Positions 1-8,355 of a stretch of 64,000 nt of DNA are shown piece after piece. The notes below the pieces were generated by a model. That model did not search any database and was not told the DNA's origin. It saw nothing but the letters and a program-made list of their open reading frames with translations. The stretch's first letter is position 1; the number at the start of each line of letters is the position of its first letter. The DNA is from Parcubacteria group bacterium GW2011_GWA1_56_13. Lineage in GTDB: Bacteria > Patescibacteriota > Minisyncoccia > Phycocordibacterales > Phycocordibacteraceae. Both the position numbers and the translations under genes were made by a program. The stretch is from assembly GCA_001004905.1 (NCBI GenBank), contig LCRY01000002.1, forward strand, positions 199,251 to 263,250, written 5' to 3'.

Positions 1-1
1 G

Positions 2-91
2 AAGGGGAATTGGCGCTACGTCCGCAAGGCCGATGCCATGGAGCTCAAAGCCGGTCGGCTCACCGAGTGGAAAAAATCCGACCCGCGAACA
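2..91 (+). CDS. 3' end of an unidentified upstream gene (partial, frame 2, ...KGNWRYVRKADAMELKAGRLTEWKKSDPRT*)
   Basis: Open frame runs from the window edge to TAA at 89-91; nothing to anchor the identity. Confidence 0.25.
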
Positions 92-113
92 TAAGATGAT
101 CTTACGGGTATCA

Positions 114-143
114 TTGACACATTGCATTATTACGTGGTAGAAT
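114..143 (+). promoter_or_regulatory. sigma70-like promoter (TTGACA, 18-nt spacer, TAGAAT) upstream of the NUDIX gene
   Basis: TTGACA at 114-119 and TAGAAT at 138-143 read directly. Confidence 0.45.
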
Positions 144-196
144 TTCATTAGGCACATTCACTTAACTCAGTTGATTTTTACCCGCTAGGGAGGCGG

Positions 197-643
197 GTGC
201 GAATGTATGAAAAATCAGGAAGAGACCGCGGTGCGGTCATCATCGTTCCGATCGATGAGAAAACGGGCAGGATAGTGCTTGTCATGGAACCCTCCAAACC
301 GGAGCCGCATTATTGGAAGTTTCCCGGCGGCGGCATAGAGCTGTGCGACGTTGATCCCCGATTCCCGGACGATGATATGCAAGCGGCGTATAATGCCGCT
401 CGCCGGGAAGCCGAGGAGGAAACCGGCGTCGCGGTCGAAGTGGCGCACATCGCCACCATTCCGAGGAAGACGCACATCGTGCATATTTTCACGGGCCTCG
501 GAGACGTCGACCAGCTTCGAAAGAGGGGGCCCGAGGGAGAAATCCCCCAGGCCTTCTCGCTCGGCCAAATCAGGGCGCTGACGAATTTCATGCCCTCGCA
601 CCGGCCGATCCTGGATATCGCGGTAGAAAAGCTCACGAGGTAA
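197..643 (+). CDS. NUDIX hydrolase
   Basis: Nudix box G-x5-E-x7-REAEEETGV present (AARREAEEETGV). Confidence 0.8.
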   Translation: MRMYEKSGRDRGAVIIVPIDEKTGRIVLVMEPSKPEPHYWKFPGGGIELCDVDPRFPDDDMQAAYNAARREAEEETGVAVEVAHIATIPRKTHIVHIFTGLGDVDQLRKRGPEGEIPQAFSLGQIRALTNFMPSHRPILDIAVEKLTR

Positions 644-690
644 TAATCACACCCCCAACTCAACCCGGCGCACGGCCGGGTTGTTCTTTA

Positions 691-1410
691 CTACTCTGGT
701 GCTTTGCGGACGAGAAAGAAGGGGGTCATTTCGCTGTCCTGTCCGGCGGGGTTGTCGGAGAGGAGTTCGCGGATAAATTTTTCTGGGATGGAGGAGTTCG
801 ACTTGCCAAGCGAGAACGCGCCGCGATAATTGGCGTCGACGATGACGGTCTCAACGCCGAACTCGCGTTTGATGCTACGCGCGACGCCGTCCGGGTGAAG
901 CGGCGCTCGCTTCGCGTACTCTTTGAACTCGTCGATGGTCCAGGACATCGGGCAGTCGATGGATTTCGCCTGCTTGCCGACAAGGTAATAAAACGCGCCG
1001 CCAATACCGAGGGGACGCGTGAGCGCCGACACGGCCGCCGCAAACAAGGTCCGCGGATACCCGGCCTCCTCGATGAGGAGTTGCATGGCGGGCGCGGTGC
1101 CGTGCCCCAAGCCCCGGAACTGCGGCGTGCCGTAGTAGTTGCGCACCTTGCTCGCAAGGAAACGGGCGAGCCATGAGGTCTTCACCGCATCGCGGTGGAT
1201 GATGCGGTTCTGCGTGATGCATACGATTTTCTCGCTCACGAACAAGATGTCGTCCGGTCGAAGATGCGGGACGACGTACCGTTTCAGTAGCTCGAACAGG
1301 TCGTCGCCGACCCGTATGAGCCGCGTTTTGATAGGCAGGCGCAGGTACCGGATCCCTTCAATGGTGACATCCAGCTTTTTCCCCTTGTTGGGCGCGAGCG
1401 ACGGCGGCAT
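691..1410 (-). CDS. CofE-like protein (coenzyme F420-0:L-glutamate ligase fold family)
   Basis: Roughly 240-aa product with GDDL...SEK-type motifs. Start placed at ATG 1410 because the longer ORF would run into the cspA gene on the same strand. Confidence 0.55.
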   Translation of the reverse strand: MPPSLAPNKGKKLDVTIEGIRYLRLPIKTRLIRVGDDLFELLKRYVVPHLRPDDILFVSEKIVCITQNRIIHRDAVKTSWLARFLASKVRNYYGTPQFRGLGHGTAPAMQLLIEEAGYPRTLFAAAVSALTRPLGIGGAFYYLVGKQAKSIDCPMSWTIDEFKEYAKRAPLHPDGVARSIKREFGVETVIVDANYRGAFSLGKSNSSIPEKFIRELLSDNPAGQDSEMTPFFLVRKAPE

Positions 1411-1480
1411 GACGGACGCAGTATACCAAAAGAAAACGTCCCGCATGAAGCGGGACGTTTTCTGAAGTCGGTTTAATTGC

Positions 1481-1690
1481 TTAAACCTTGCTGACGTTGA
1501 GGGCGTTCGGGCCTTTCGGGCTGTCGCCGACCTCAAAGGAGACCTTGTCGCCTTCCTGAAGCTCATCGAACGAAATGTTCTTGAGCTCGTTGGAATGGAA
1601 GAAAAGATCCTTCGCGCCGTCAGGCGTTCCGTCGACTTTGATGAAGCCGAATCCCTTGTCATTCTTCTTGATTACTGTACCGTTTTGCAT
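1481..1690 (-). CDS. cspA: cold-shock protein, CspA family
   Basis: 69 aa with KGFGFI and the DLFFH RNA-binding motifs. Confidence 0.93.
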   Translation of the reverse strand: MQNGTVIKKNDKGFGFIKVDGTPDGAKDLFFHSNELKNISFDELQEGDKVSFEVGDSPKGPNALNVSKV

Positions 1691-1791
1691 ACTGCAATTG
1701 AGAATAGATTGTGTGACTAATGCATCAAATCAGTAGCCGAAATTAGAAGCTCGATCCCACTTCTCTGGATCCAGCTCTGGTTGATGCGGTG

Positions 1792-1820
1792 AGGATAGCA
1801 GGGCAGTGCTTTTTTGTCAA
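1792..1820 (-). promoter_or_regulatory. promoter for the csp gene (minus strand: TTGACA, 17 nt, TATCCT) giving a roughly 95-nt 5' UTR
   Basis: Reverse complement of 1792-1820 reads TTGACAAAAAAGCACTGCCCTGCTATCCT. Confidence 0.4.
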
Positions 1821-1852
1821 TGCTCCGTGACGGGTACGGGCCAAAATACCGC

Positions 1853-2107
1853 TTATTGCTTACCCGCCGCACGCCTCAATGCGGCCGCGTGCTGGGGAAG
1901 CCAGTCGAGGACTTTTTTTCGATGCTCATCGAGAGACCACAGGTCGCCATGCTTGAAAAACAAGGGATGCGTCGCTTTGAACTTTTTCAACAGGGCGACC
2001 GAAGATCGGGGGAAATTGACGGGCAGGTTTTTGTTATAGGACTTCAGAAAGCCAGCGAGGGACAGCTGCGTCTCGCTTATCTTCAGCTCTTCCCCGTATT
2101 TTTTCAT
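1853..2107 (-). CDS. hypothetical protein (84 aa, Lys-rich)
   Basis: The minus frame has protein-like composition, whereas the overlapping plus ORF is Arg-rich and looks like antisense. Confidence 0.4.
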   Translation of the reverse strand: MKKYGEELKISETQLSLAGFLKSYNKNLPVNFPRSSVALLKKFKATHPLFFKHGDLWSLDEHRKKVLDWLPQHAAALRRAAGKQ

Positions 2108-2146
2108 GCCACAACAATACCATGGATAAGCAAGTGAAGCAATCGA

Positions 2147-2548
2147 TCAGGGTGCAGAGACATGCGCGATGCTGGTAACCACGACGTGTTCATGTTCCGC
2201 GTGGCCGGTCACCTGCACACGAGCCCCTGTCCACGAGAAAAAGCCGGCCGGCGGGGCCTCGGTGAACGTGAGAGCCTTGCTCGCCGTATGTCCGCTGCGG
2301 GTCTGGTAAAAGAGGTAGGGGACCGGAGCGACATTGTTCGGATAGAACACGAGCGTTCCCGTTTCATTAAAATCCGGTGAGGTGGCGGTCGCCCCGACGA
2401 CCGCCGCGGGCTGCGCCGGCGGCCGCGTACCCAGACCCTTTATATACGCTCCGGTTATCGAGACGATCACGTAGGCAGCCGCGATCGCCATGACAAAAAG
2501 GAAAAGCATTCGTCCCATCCAGCCGGAGACGTCGGCTCGGACGCCCAC
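2147..2548 (-). CDS. hypothetical membrane-anchored protein
   Basis: N-terminal TM segment LFLFVMAIAAAYVIVSI; the start could instead be M11 or M14. Confidence 0.5.
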   Translation of the reverse strand: MGVRADVSGWMGRMLFLFVMAIAAAYVIVSITGAYIKGLGTRPPAQPAAVVGATATSPDFNETGTLVFYPNNVAPVPYLFYQTRSGHTASKALTFTEAPPAGFFSWTGARVQVTGHAEHEHVVVTSIAHVSAP

Positions 2549-2577
2549 TTACACCTCGTCGGATAGATTATAATCCG

Positions 2578-3516
2578 GTGATGCGGAAGATGATCTACCT
2601 CGTTCTGCTCGTTTCGGTCGTGGGAGGGGCGGGATATCTGGCATACACGCATCAGACGGAATTGCGCGCAATGACGCGTGTCTTTGGGATAGTCGCGCCG
2701 TGCACAGAGCCGATTACCTACTCGATAGGATCCATAGACCGGCGTTTCGGTATTTCGACAAGCACGCTCGTAAGCGATCTTGGCGCGGCGGAAGCGGTGT
2801 GGGAAAAACCGTCGAACAAGGACCTGTTTACGTACGAGCAGCAGGGTGGGGACGTGACGATCGCCCTCGTCTACGACAGCCGTCAGGCCGCAACGGATAC
2901 ACTCAAGGCGGCGGGCATTCAAATTGACAAGAGCAAAGCGTCCTACGACGCGCTCAAAACAAGATATGACGAGCTGTTGCTCCAAGTCGAGACGGAGCAA
3001 TCGCGGTATAACGACCTGGTCGCCGCCTATACGCGTGATGAAGATGCGTACAACGCCGAGGTGGAGAAGTGGAATCGGCGTGGAGGGGCTCCGGCTGCCG
3101 AATACGAGCGGCTTCAGGACGAAAAGGCGGCGCTTTCGAGGGAATTCGCGGTGGTGAAATCGCTCGAAAGCATGTTGAACGCGAACATCGACACGCTGAA
3201 CGCGCTTGCCACGACGCTCAATCAGCTCATTGTTCAGCTTAATTTGAACGTCGCGCAGTATAACCGCACGGGAGCATCGGCGGGCGAGTTTGAGGAAGGG
3301 TTATATCGGCTGGCGAAGGGAGTGCAGACGATAGACATTTACGAATATTCGAACCGTACACAACTGGTGCGCGTCCTCGCGCATGAAATGGGACATGCGC
3401 TCGGGCTTGAACACGTCGCCGATGCCGATGCCATCATGTACAAGATAAATCGCATTGAAACGCTCAAGGCGACCGCGAGCGACATGGCCGAACTTAGCAG
3501 AGTGTGCAGAAAATGA
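2578..3516 (+). CDS. membrane-anchored zinc metalloprotease (zincin/matrixin-like, HEMGHALGLEH) with a central coiled coil
   Basis: N-terminal TM, HExxHxxGxxH motif near the C-terminus, heptad-rich central part. Confidence 0.7.
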   Translation: MMRKMIYLVLLVSVVGGAGYLAYTHQTELRAMTRVFGIVAPCTEPITYSIGSIDRRFGISTSTLVSDLGAAEAVWEKPSNKDLFTYEQQGGDVTIALVYDSRQAATDTLKAAGIQIDKSKASYDALKTRYDELLLQVETEQSRYNDLVAAYTRDEDAYNAEVEKWNRRGGAPAAEYERLQDEKAALSREFAVVKSLESMLNANIDTLNALATTLNQLIVQLNLNVAQYNRTGASAGEFEEGLYRLAKGVQTIDIYEYSNRTQLVRVLAHEMGHALGLEHVADADAIMYKINRIETLKATASDMAELSRVCRK

Positions 3517-3517
3517 A

Positions 3518-3548
3518 GCCGCCTCCGACGGGTTTGGTCGGAGGCGGT
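3518..3548. terminator. GC-rich hairpin (GCCGCCTCCGAC / GTCGGAGGCGG) between convergent genes, possibly a bidirectional terminator
   Basis: Perfect 11-12 bp stem read directly; the flanking T tracts are weak. Confidence 0.4.
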
Positions 3549-3558
3549 GTGGAGCTGA

Positions 3559-3972
3559 CTAGTGCGTGTGCGCTTTTTGGCGCACTTCGAGCAGGTTCTT
3601 CAAGGGCGAAACAATCGCCTTCATTTTGAAAACCTGTTCTGCCGCCGCCGCCCTCTTTTGTGCTTCTTGCAGAAGGCGTTGCGGTTCGTCCAAGCGCATA
3701 TTCGGATATCGCCAGACGAGACAGAGACAATTTCCGTCCCCGATGGTCGTGGCTTCCGGCGAATCGAGGAGCTCCGCCGTAGAGGCGCTCTCGCGGATCT
3801 TTTGAACTTCCATCGGATTGCTTGGAATGAACGCCGCGACGAGGCATTTCCCGCGTATGAACCGTCGCGGATAATTCACGACGATGGACCTTTCGTCCTG
3901 GGGATATGCCTTACTCGACAGGCGGCCAAACAATCGTTCCAGCGTACGTCTTGTTCTGCTTGTTCTGCGCAC
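3559..3972 (-). CDS. hypothetical protein (137 aa)
   Basis: ORF on the minus strand, preceded (on minus) by a TTGCAT-17-TACGGT promoter-like sequence near 4060-4090. The overlapping plus ORF is Arg-rich. Confidence 0.35.
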   Translation of the reverse strand: MRRTSRTRRTLERLFGRLSSKAYPQDERSIVVNYPRRFIRGKCLVAAFIPSNPMEVQKIRESASTAELLDSPEATTIGDGNCLCLVWRYPNMRLDEPQRLLQEAQKRAAAAEQVFKMKAIVSPLKNLLEVRQKAHTH

Positions 3973-4251
3973 AGGATGCTCTCCTTTGAGAATAATATTG
4001 TTGGTGGAGTTTCGGCCGGATGAACATGAACACAGCCGACGCTACCGTACCACATATCCGCTTTTAATGCAAATAAAAATTGCGTACTCGGCGTTCCTGT
4101 TGTAGGATGCCGAAGGCGCCTGGCTGTTCCCGCATTTCCTCCCTTTATCCCCTAGGAACATGCCAGCGCTTCTTCACGGCCCCCGAGCCCACAAGGCAGA
4201 GGGGTCTTTCTTTTTGCGCGATGACATGTGCCGGGAAAGCACGTGCGCGGT

Positions 4252-5124
4252 TCAATCGAAAATGGAGATGAGGTACGCATCAATGGTGCGCTGGTCCATG
4301 GTATAAAAATAGGAATTTGTGGCGTGGAGATTTGTCGCCAGTTTTACGCCGACGAAGCGCCAATGCCAGGGCTCGAACATGTAATAACCGTTGTTTTTCG
4401 GGTAGGAGAGAACGAATCCGTAGCGATGGGCATTCGCCGTGAGCCACGTGTATGCCGGCGTGCGCTCGAACCCGATAAGCTGGCCGCCGGTGCCGGTGGT
4501 AATGAAATCGACCGCCGTGCCGAGCTGGTGTTCGGAGTATCCTTGTTCCGCGGAAAATTGGTTCGCCGTGCCGGCGCCGTATGTCATCACGTATCGCTCC
4601 TTGAGCGCCTCTTGGGTATTGAAGGAACGGTACGCCGAGTCAACGTAGAGCAACACTTCGTCCGCGCTGGCCTGACCCAACATTTTTTCCAGGTGGGGAA
4701 GTACTTCGGGCAGGATTTGCAGCGGCTTGTTTTCGGAATATTTGTATTTGGAGGGGATTTCCGCGAGCCGCGCGGGCGCGTAGGCATCGCTCAAGAAAAA
4801 GACCTTTGAATATTTCGCCAGCAATTCGGGATCGATCGCACTAAGCTTTTGTAGCTCTGTTACCGTTCCATTTATCGCGCCGACTTGTGATTCGACCATC
4901 TTCCTTTCGCGGGTGAATGCATCACTGAGCGAGATAGTCGAATCCTGTAGCAGTGCCGTCGTCGAGGCGAGCCCTGTGGAAAGTTCCGTGACTTGTTCTG
5001 AAAGGGAGGCAATACGGGCATATCCGTACCACGAGACGGCGCCCAAAACGACGGCCATGCAAAGAAATCCCGCCGCAAGAGCATCCTGACTCGAAGATAT
5101 TCGCCGTAAAAATCGCGATAGCAT
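4252..5124 (-). CDS. D-alanyl-D-alanine carboxypeptidase, VanY/M15B family, membrane-anchored
   Basis: SEHQLGTAVDF and EPWHWR motifs; N-terminal TM; start at ATG 5124. Confidence 0.8.
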   Translation of the reverse strand: MLSRFLRRISSSQDALAAGFLCMAVVLGAVSWYGYARIASLSEQVTELSTGLASTTALLQDSTISLSDAFTRERKMVESQVGAINGTVTELQKLSAIDPELLAKYSKVFFLSDAYAPARLAEIPSKYKYSENKPLQILPEVLPHLEKMLGQASADEVLLYVDSAYRSFNTQEALKERYVMTYGAGTANQFSAEQGYSEHQLGTAVDFITTGTGGQLIGFERTPAYTWLTANAHRYGFVLSYPKNNGYYMFEPWHWRFVGVKLATNLHATNSYFYTMDQRTIDAYLISIFD

Positions 5125-5284
5125 TTGGGCAGTATACCCCCTCACCGGCACTGCATCTACACCCCGGCGCCGAAGGGTGATGCAGAGCGCCGGTGTCACA
5201 CATTTCTTGCGGAGTGCGTCTTGTGTTGAGAGGGTTCTCTCTGACTCTCGGCTTACTTTTCTCCCTATGTATTATTGATTAGGT

Positions 5285-5755
5285 ATGAATAACGGTACAT
5301 TGTGGTCCGCCCTTGTCGCGTCCATTGTCTTCGGCGGCGTTGTCCTTGCGGCATACGGCCTTCTGGGCGGTCTCTTTGCCGTTTCTTCCTCCCCGCTGAA
5401 GAACGAAACGGCAGCGAAGACCGCCGCAATCGCCGCCCCGACGGCTATCGCGGTTCCCACCGCCGCGACCAAAGCTGCAAAGAGCGTGATGTCTTCGACC
5501 GCCATCCTGTACGGCACGGTGGGTCCTCATGACTCGCCGGTGCGATACTGGTTTGAATACGGTCCCGACCCGCTCCTCAGTGCGGTCCTGGTTCGCACGA
5601 CCCCTCGACTGCCGCTTGACGTTCGTACTGAAGAAACAACGGTTGAAATCGGCATCTTCGACCTCGCCCCCCACACGACGTACTACTTCCGTATCGTCGC
5701 CGATACGGACGCAGGAGTGGCGCGCGGAGAACCTGCGTCATTCAGGACGAAATAG
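5285..5755 (+). CDS. membrane-anchored protein with a fibronectin-III-like domain
   Basis: N-terminal TM, Ala/Thr/Pro linker, then YWFEYG...TYYFRIVA, typical of FN3/PKD folds. Confidence 0.55.
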   Translation: MNNGTLWSALVASIVFGGVVLAAYGLLGGLFAVSSSPLKNETAAKTAAIAAPTAIAVPTAATKAAKSVMSSTAILYGTVGPHDSPVRYWFEYGPDPLLSAVLVRTTPRLPLDVRTEETTVEIGIFDLAPHTTYYFRIVADTDAGVARGEPASFRTK

Positions 5756-5759
5756 GCGT

Positions 5760-6353
5760 TTAGGAGCTGTTCGGACGGTCGTCGGAATTATTCCTAACGA
5801 GCAAATGGGTGAACCAGCCGAGGAAACCGGATGTCTTTTCGTTCACGACTACGAAATCCCGGATCCTCGTCTGTTCTTTCTCAAGTGCTCGTATTTGGGC
5901 CGTGAGAATGGTGCGCTCGGTAGTGTCTGTCGTGCTGGCGAGGAGGGTTTGTAGTTCGGCGAGATGCCGTCGCGTTTTTTCCATCTCGGCTTCAAGTACA
6001 CCGAGATTCTTCGGATCGCTTCCGAAGAAAAGGCGCGCGACGGCTCCGCGGCTCGCCGTTTCCTGGATGGCCTCGGTCGCTGCCGTCATGGAATCGATCT
6101 GCGCCTCCGCGATCCGACGCATGTGCGCACCTACCGCGCTTGTCGCGCCCTTTTTCTTTGCGATATAAAGGAGCGACTCGGCGAAGGATGCTACGGTGCT
6201 CCGATGATCTTCGGCTATGAGCTGTCCGCGAACGCTCTCATTTATGGTACGGCGGGGAGTTCCTTCCGTATTGTGAACGGCATGCGCGACAAAGGCGGTC
6301 GAAGCCGAAAGAGCGACCGTGCATGCCATAAGCGCCATGAACCTTCGTCCCAT
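5760..6353 (-). CDS. secreted hypothetical protein (DUF5667-like, coiled coil)
   Basis: Signal peptide MGRRFMALMACTVALSASTAFVAHA; start taken at ATG 6353. Confidence 0.55.
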   Translation of the reverse strand: MGRRFMALMACTVALSASTAFVAHAVHNTEGTPRRTINESVRGQLIAEDHRSTVASFAESLLYIAKKKGATSAVGAHMRRIAEAQIDSMTAATEAIQETASRGAVARLFFGSDPKNLGVLEAEMEKTRRHLAELQTLLASTTDTTERTILTAQIRALEKEQTRIRDFVVVNEKTSGFLGWFTHLLVRNNSDDRPNSS

Positions 6354-6364
6354 ACACGCTGTGT

Positions 6365-6583
6365 TTACGGTGTATAAGAATTGTTCTGCGTTCCTCCTGT
6401 CGGGGCGGGAATCGTCACGTTTATATTCGTGCCGTTCGGCGCCGGCGGGACGGCGGCGCGCCGATAGTTGACCCAAAAGTATGCGCCGATACCGACCACT
6501 GCGAGGAGTATGATGACCGCGACCACCCAGCCAGCATTCCCGTCGCCATTATCCGACCGCGGTGTATTGATTACCGTTGTCAT
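6365..6583 (-). CDS. small membrane protein (72 aa)
   Basis: Single TM segment WVVAVIILLAVVGIGAYFWV, on the same strand just upstream of the previous gene. Confidence 0.45.
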   Translation of the reverse strand: MTTVINTPRSDNGDGNAGWVVAVIILLAVVGIGAYFWVNYRRAAVPPAPNGTNINVTIPAPTGGTQNNSYTP

Positions 6584-6947
6584 ACTGTGAATTCCTGATC
6601 TTGTAATCGTCCAATCCTGCCCAAGGGGGCCGTGCTAAGGGAACGGGTATTACAGAAAGTTGTAATGCCTCGTCGCTTCGGGCGGCTTACGGTCGTGGGT
6701 GGCGTGTAGGAGTCAAATTATTATTTAACATAATTTCTTCTATGAACGAGACGCGCACGAAAGATCCGCAGACGGACCCGGAGAAGCACGGCCAAGATGA
6801 TGAGAAAAAGGCGGAGGAAGAAAGAAAGAGGAGGGAAGGAGGGAATCCATAATGCGCGACTCACGGCCGCCCCAGGAACGGCCGTGAGTCGTTTCAAAGG
6901 AGGTCTCGGTGCGAAGAAAATGGTCGCTTTGTTATACTGCCCCTTCG

Positions 6948-7379
6948 ATGGCGAAATTATATGTTGATAAGAAAATAAGGATCAATGCGCCGGCGCAGAA
7001 AGTCTGGGAAGCGCTGACCAGCCGCGCATGCACGGACATATGGTCGCTTGAATTCGGAAGCGATGGTCCGCTCATGCATGTCGAGTCCGATTGGCAGCTC
7101 GGAAGCCCGGTGCTTTGGAAAGACGAGGAGGGAACCCTGCTCGTGCAGGGAATCGTAACGGCCGTAACGCCGCGGAAAATGATGCGCTATACGGTCTTCG
7201 ATACGCGCACTGAACGTCCTGAAACAAGCCCGGAAGACGGCATTACCTATGAGCTCACCGAACAGGAGGGGAATATTGCCGAGGATAAAAACGCTTGCCG
7301 AAGTGGAATTGCCGTAACGTCCTTCATGCGAAACACATTTGAAGTGCGAGACACTACCACGGCGCGATTTATCCGTTAA
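6948..7379 (+). CDS. SRPBCC-family protein (AHSA1/polyketide-cyclase-like)
   Basis: INAPAQKVWEALT... pattern of the Bet v1/AHSA1 fold; start at ATG 6948. Confidence 0.6.
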   Translation: MAKLYVDKKIRINAPAQKVWEALTSRACTDIWSLEFGSDGPLMHVESDWQLGSPVLWKDEEGTLLVQGIVTAVTPRKMMRYTVFDTRTERPETSPEDGITYELTEQEGNIAEDKNACRSGIAVTSFMRNTFEVRDTTTARFIR

Positions 7380-7388
7380 CGCATCCTC

Positions 7389-7550
7389 ATGTTGGTAACC
7401 ATTGCTGTCATTCTTTTCATTCTGTGGTTCCTCGGTATTGTCGGCGTCTACACAATCGGCTGGTTCATCCATCTGCTCCTCATACTCGCGATAATCTCGG
7501 TCTTGATCCGCGTGATTTACGGCGAGTACCCTTTCGGTCCGAATCCCTAG
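7389..7550 (+). CDS. Lmo0937-family small membrane protein (53 aa, below the ORF-track cutoff)
   Basis: Translates to MLVTIAVILFILWFLGIVGVYTIGWFIHLLLILAIISVLIRVIYGEYPFGPNP*. Confidence 0.6.
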   Translation: MLVTIAVILFILWFLGIVGVYTIGWFIHLLLILAIISVLIRVIYGEYPFGPNP

Positions 7551-7568
7551 AGCGAAATAGCCGCGTGT

Positions 7569-7597
7569 TGACATTTTAGTTCAAACTCACGATAGTA
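7569..7597 (+). promoter_or_regulatory. promoter (TTGACA, 17 nt, GATAGT) upstream of the algH-like gene
   Basis: Read directly; a GGGGG RBS precedes the ATG at 7649. Confidence 0.4.
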
Positions 7598-7648
7598 CGA
7601 GCGGAAGGCGCTCATTGTCAGGCCTTCATTCCCAACCAGGGGGCTCTC

Positions 7649-8245
7649 ATGGAGAAACTTCGTCGTGCAATCCTCACTATCCTCTGCGGACTCGTCCTTT
7701 CGCTCGCTTACGTTTCACCGGCGGCGGCGCAGACCATCGATCTCGGAAAGCCGCTTCTCCTCGTCGCCGCGCCTGGTTTGAGCGGCTTCTACGGTCGCAC
7801 GGTGCTGATCGCCGTACCGGTGAAGGACGAACACTTCGGCTTCATCCTGAATCGTTCGATGGGGATGAAAATGACGCAGCTATTTCCCGACCATTTGCCT
7901 TCGGCCAAGGTCGTTGACCCGATCTATCTCGGCGGGCCGCAGTTGCCAGAAGCGCTCTTTGCGCTCCTGCGCCATGATCCCGGGAAACCTTCGCTGCGCC
8001 TTCTTACAGACCTCTTCGTGATCTCCACCAGAGGCCTCATCGATAAGGTCATCGAGGAGACGCCGAACGAGGCGCGCTACTTTACCGGATTCGTGGGCTG
8101 GAGGCGTGGCGAACTCGCGTCTGAACTCAAAAGCGGGTACTGGTACGCACTCGATGCCGACGCGGATGCCGTTTTTCACGGGGCGCCGGACGCCATGTGG
8201 GAGGAGTTTCTCCAAAAAGCGCAGATGAGCAGGGACGGCATCTGA
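7649..8245 (+). CDS. YqgE/AlgH family protein (UPF0301) with an apparent N-terminal signal peptide
   Basis: FILNRS...GGP pattern of DUF179; N-terminal LTILCGLVLSLAYVSPAAAQ. Confidence 0.65.
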   Translation: MEKLRRAILTILCGLVLSLAYVSPAAAQTIDLGKPLLLVAAPGLSGFYGRTVLIAVPVKDEHFGFILNRSMGMKMTQLFPDHLPSAKVVDPIYLGGPQLPEALFALLRHDPGKPSLRLLTDLFVISTRGLIDKVIEETPNEARYFTGFVGWRRGELASELKSGYWYALDADADAVFHGAPDAMWEEFLQKAQMSRDGI

Positions 8246-8355
8246 CGCTGATGTTTTCGAAGCCGCGCGGGGTGTCCTCCACCCGCGCGGCTTCTCTTAT
8301 TCGCCCTCCGAAGTGTTGGGTCAAAACGAGCGGTGTCTGTTGTATACTTGCTCCT

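Noticed and set aside
1814-2137. 107-aa plus-strand ORF
   Set aside because: Arg-rich antisense-type composition; the overlapping minus-strand ORF 1853-2107 looks more protein-like
6742-6852. 36-aa purine-rich ORF (MNETRTKDPQTDPEKHGQDDEKKAEEERKRREGGNP) followed by a GC hairpin
   Set aside because: Low complexity, no clear RBS; most likely just an A/G-rich spacer. The hairpin at 6853-6892 may be a terminator or attenuator
6957-7574. 205-aa minus-strand ORF
   Set aside because: Overlaps the SRPBCC gene antisense and also the region where the Lmo0937-like small gene fits on the plus strand
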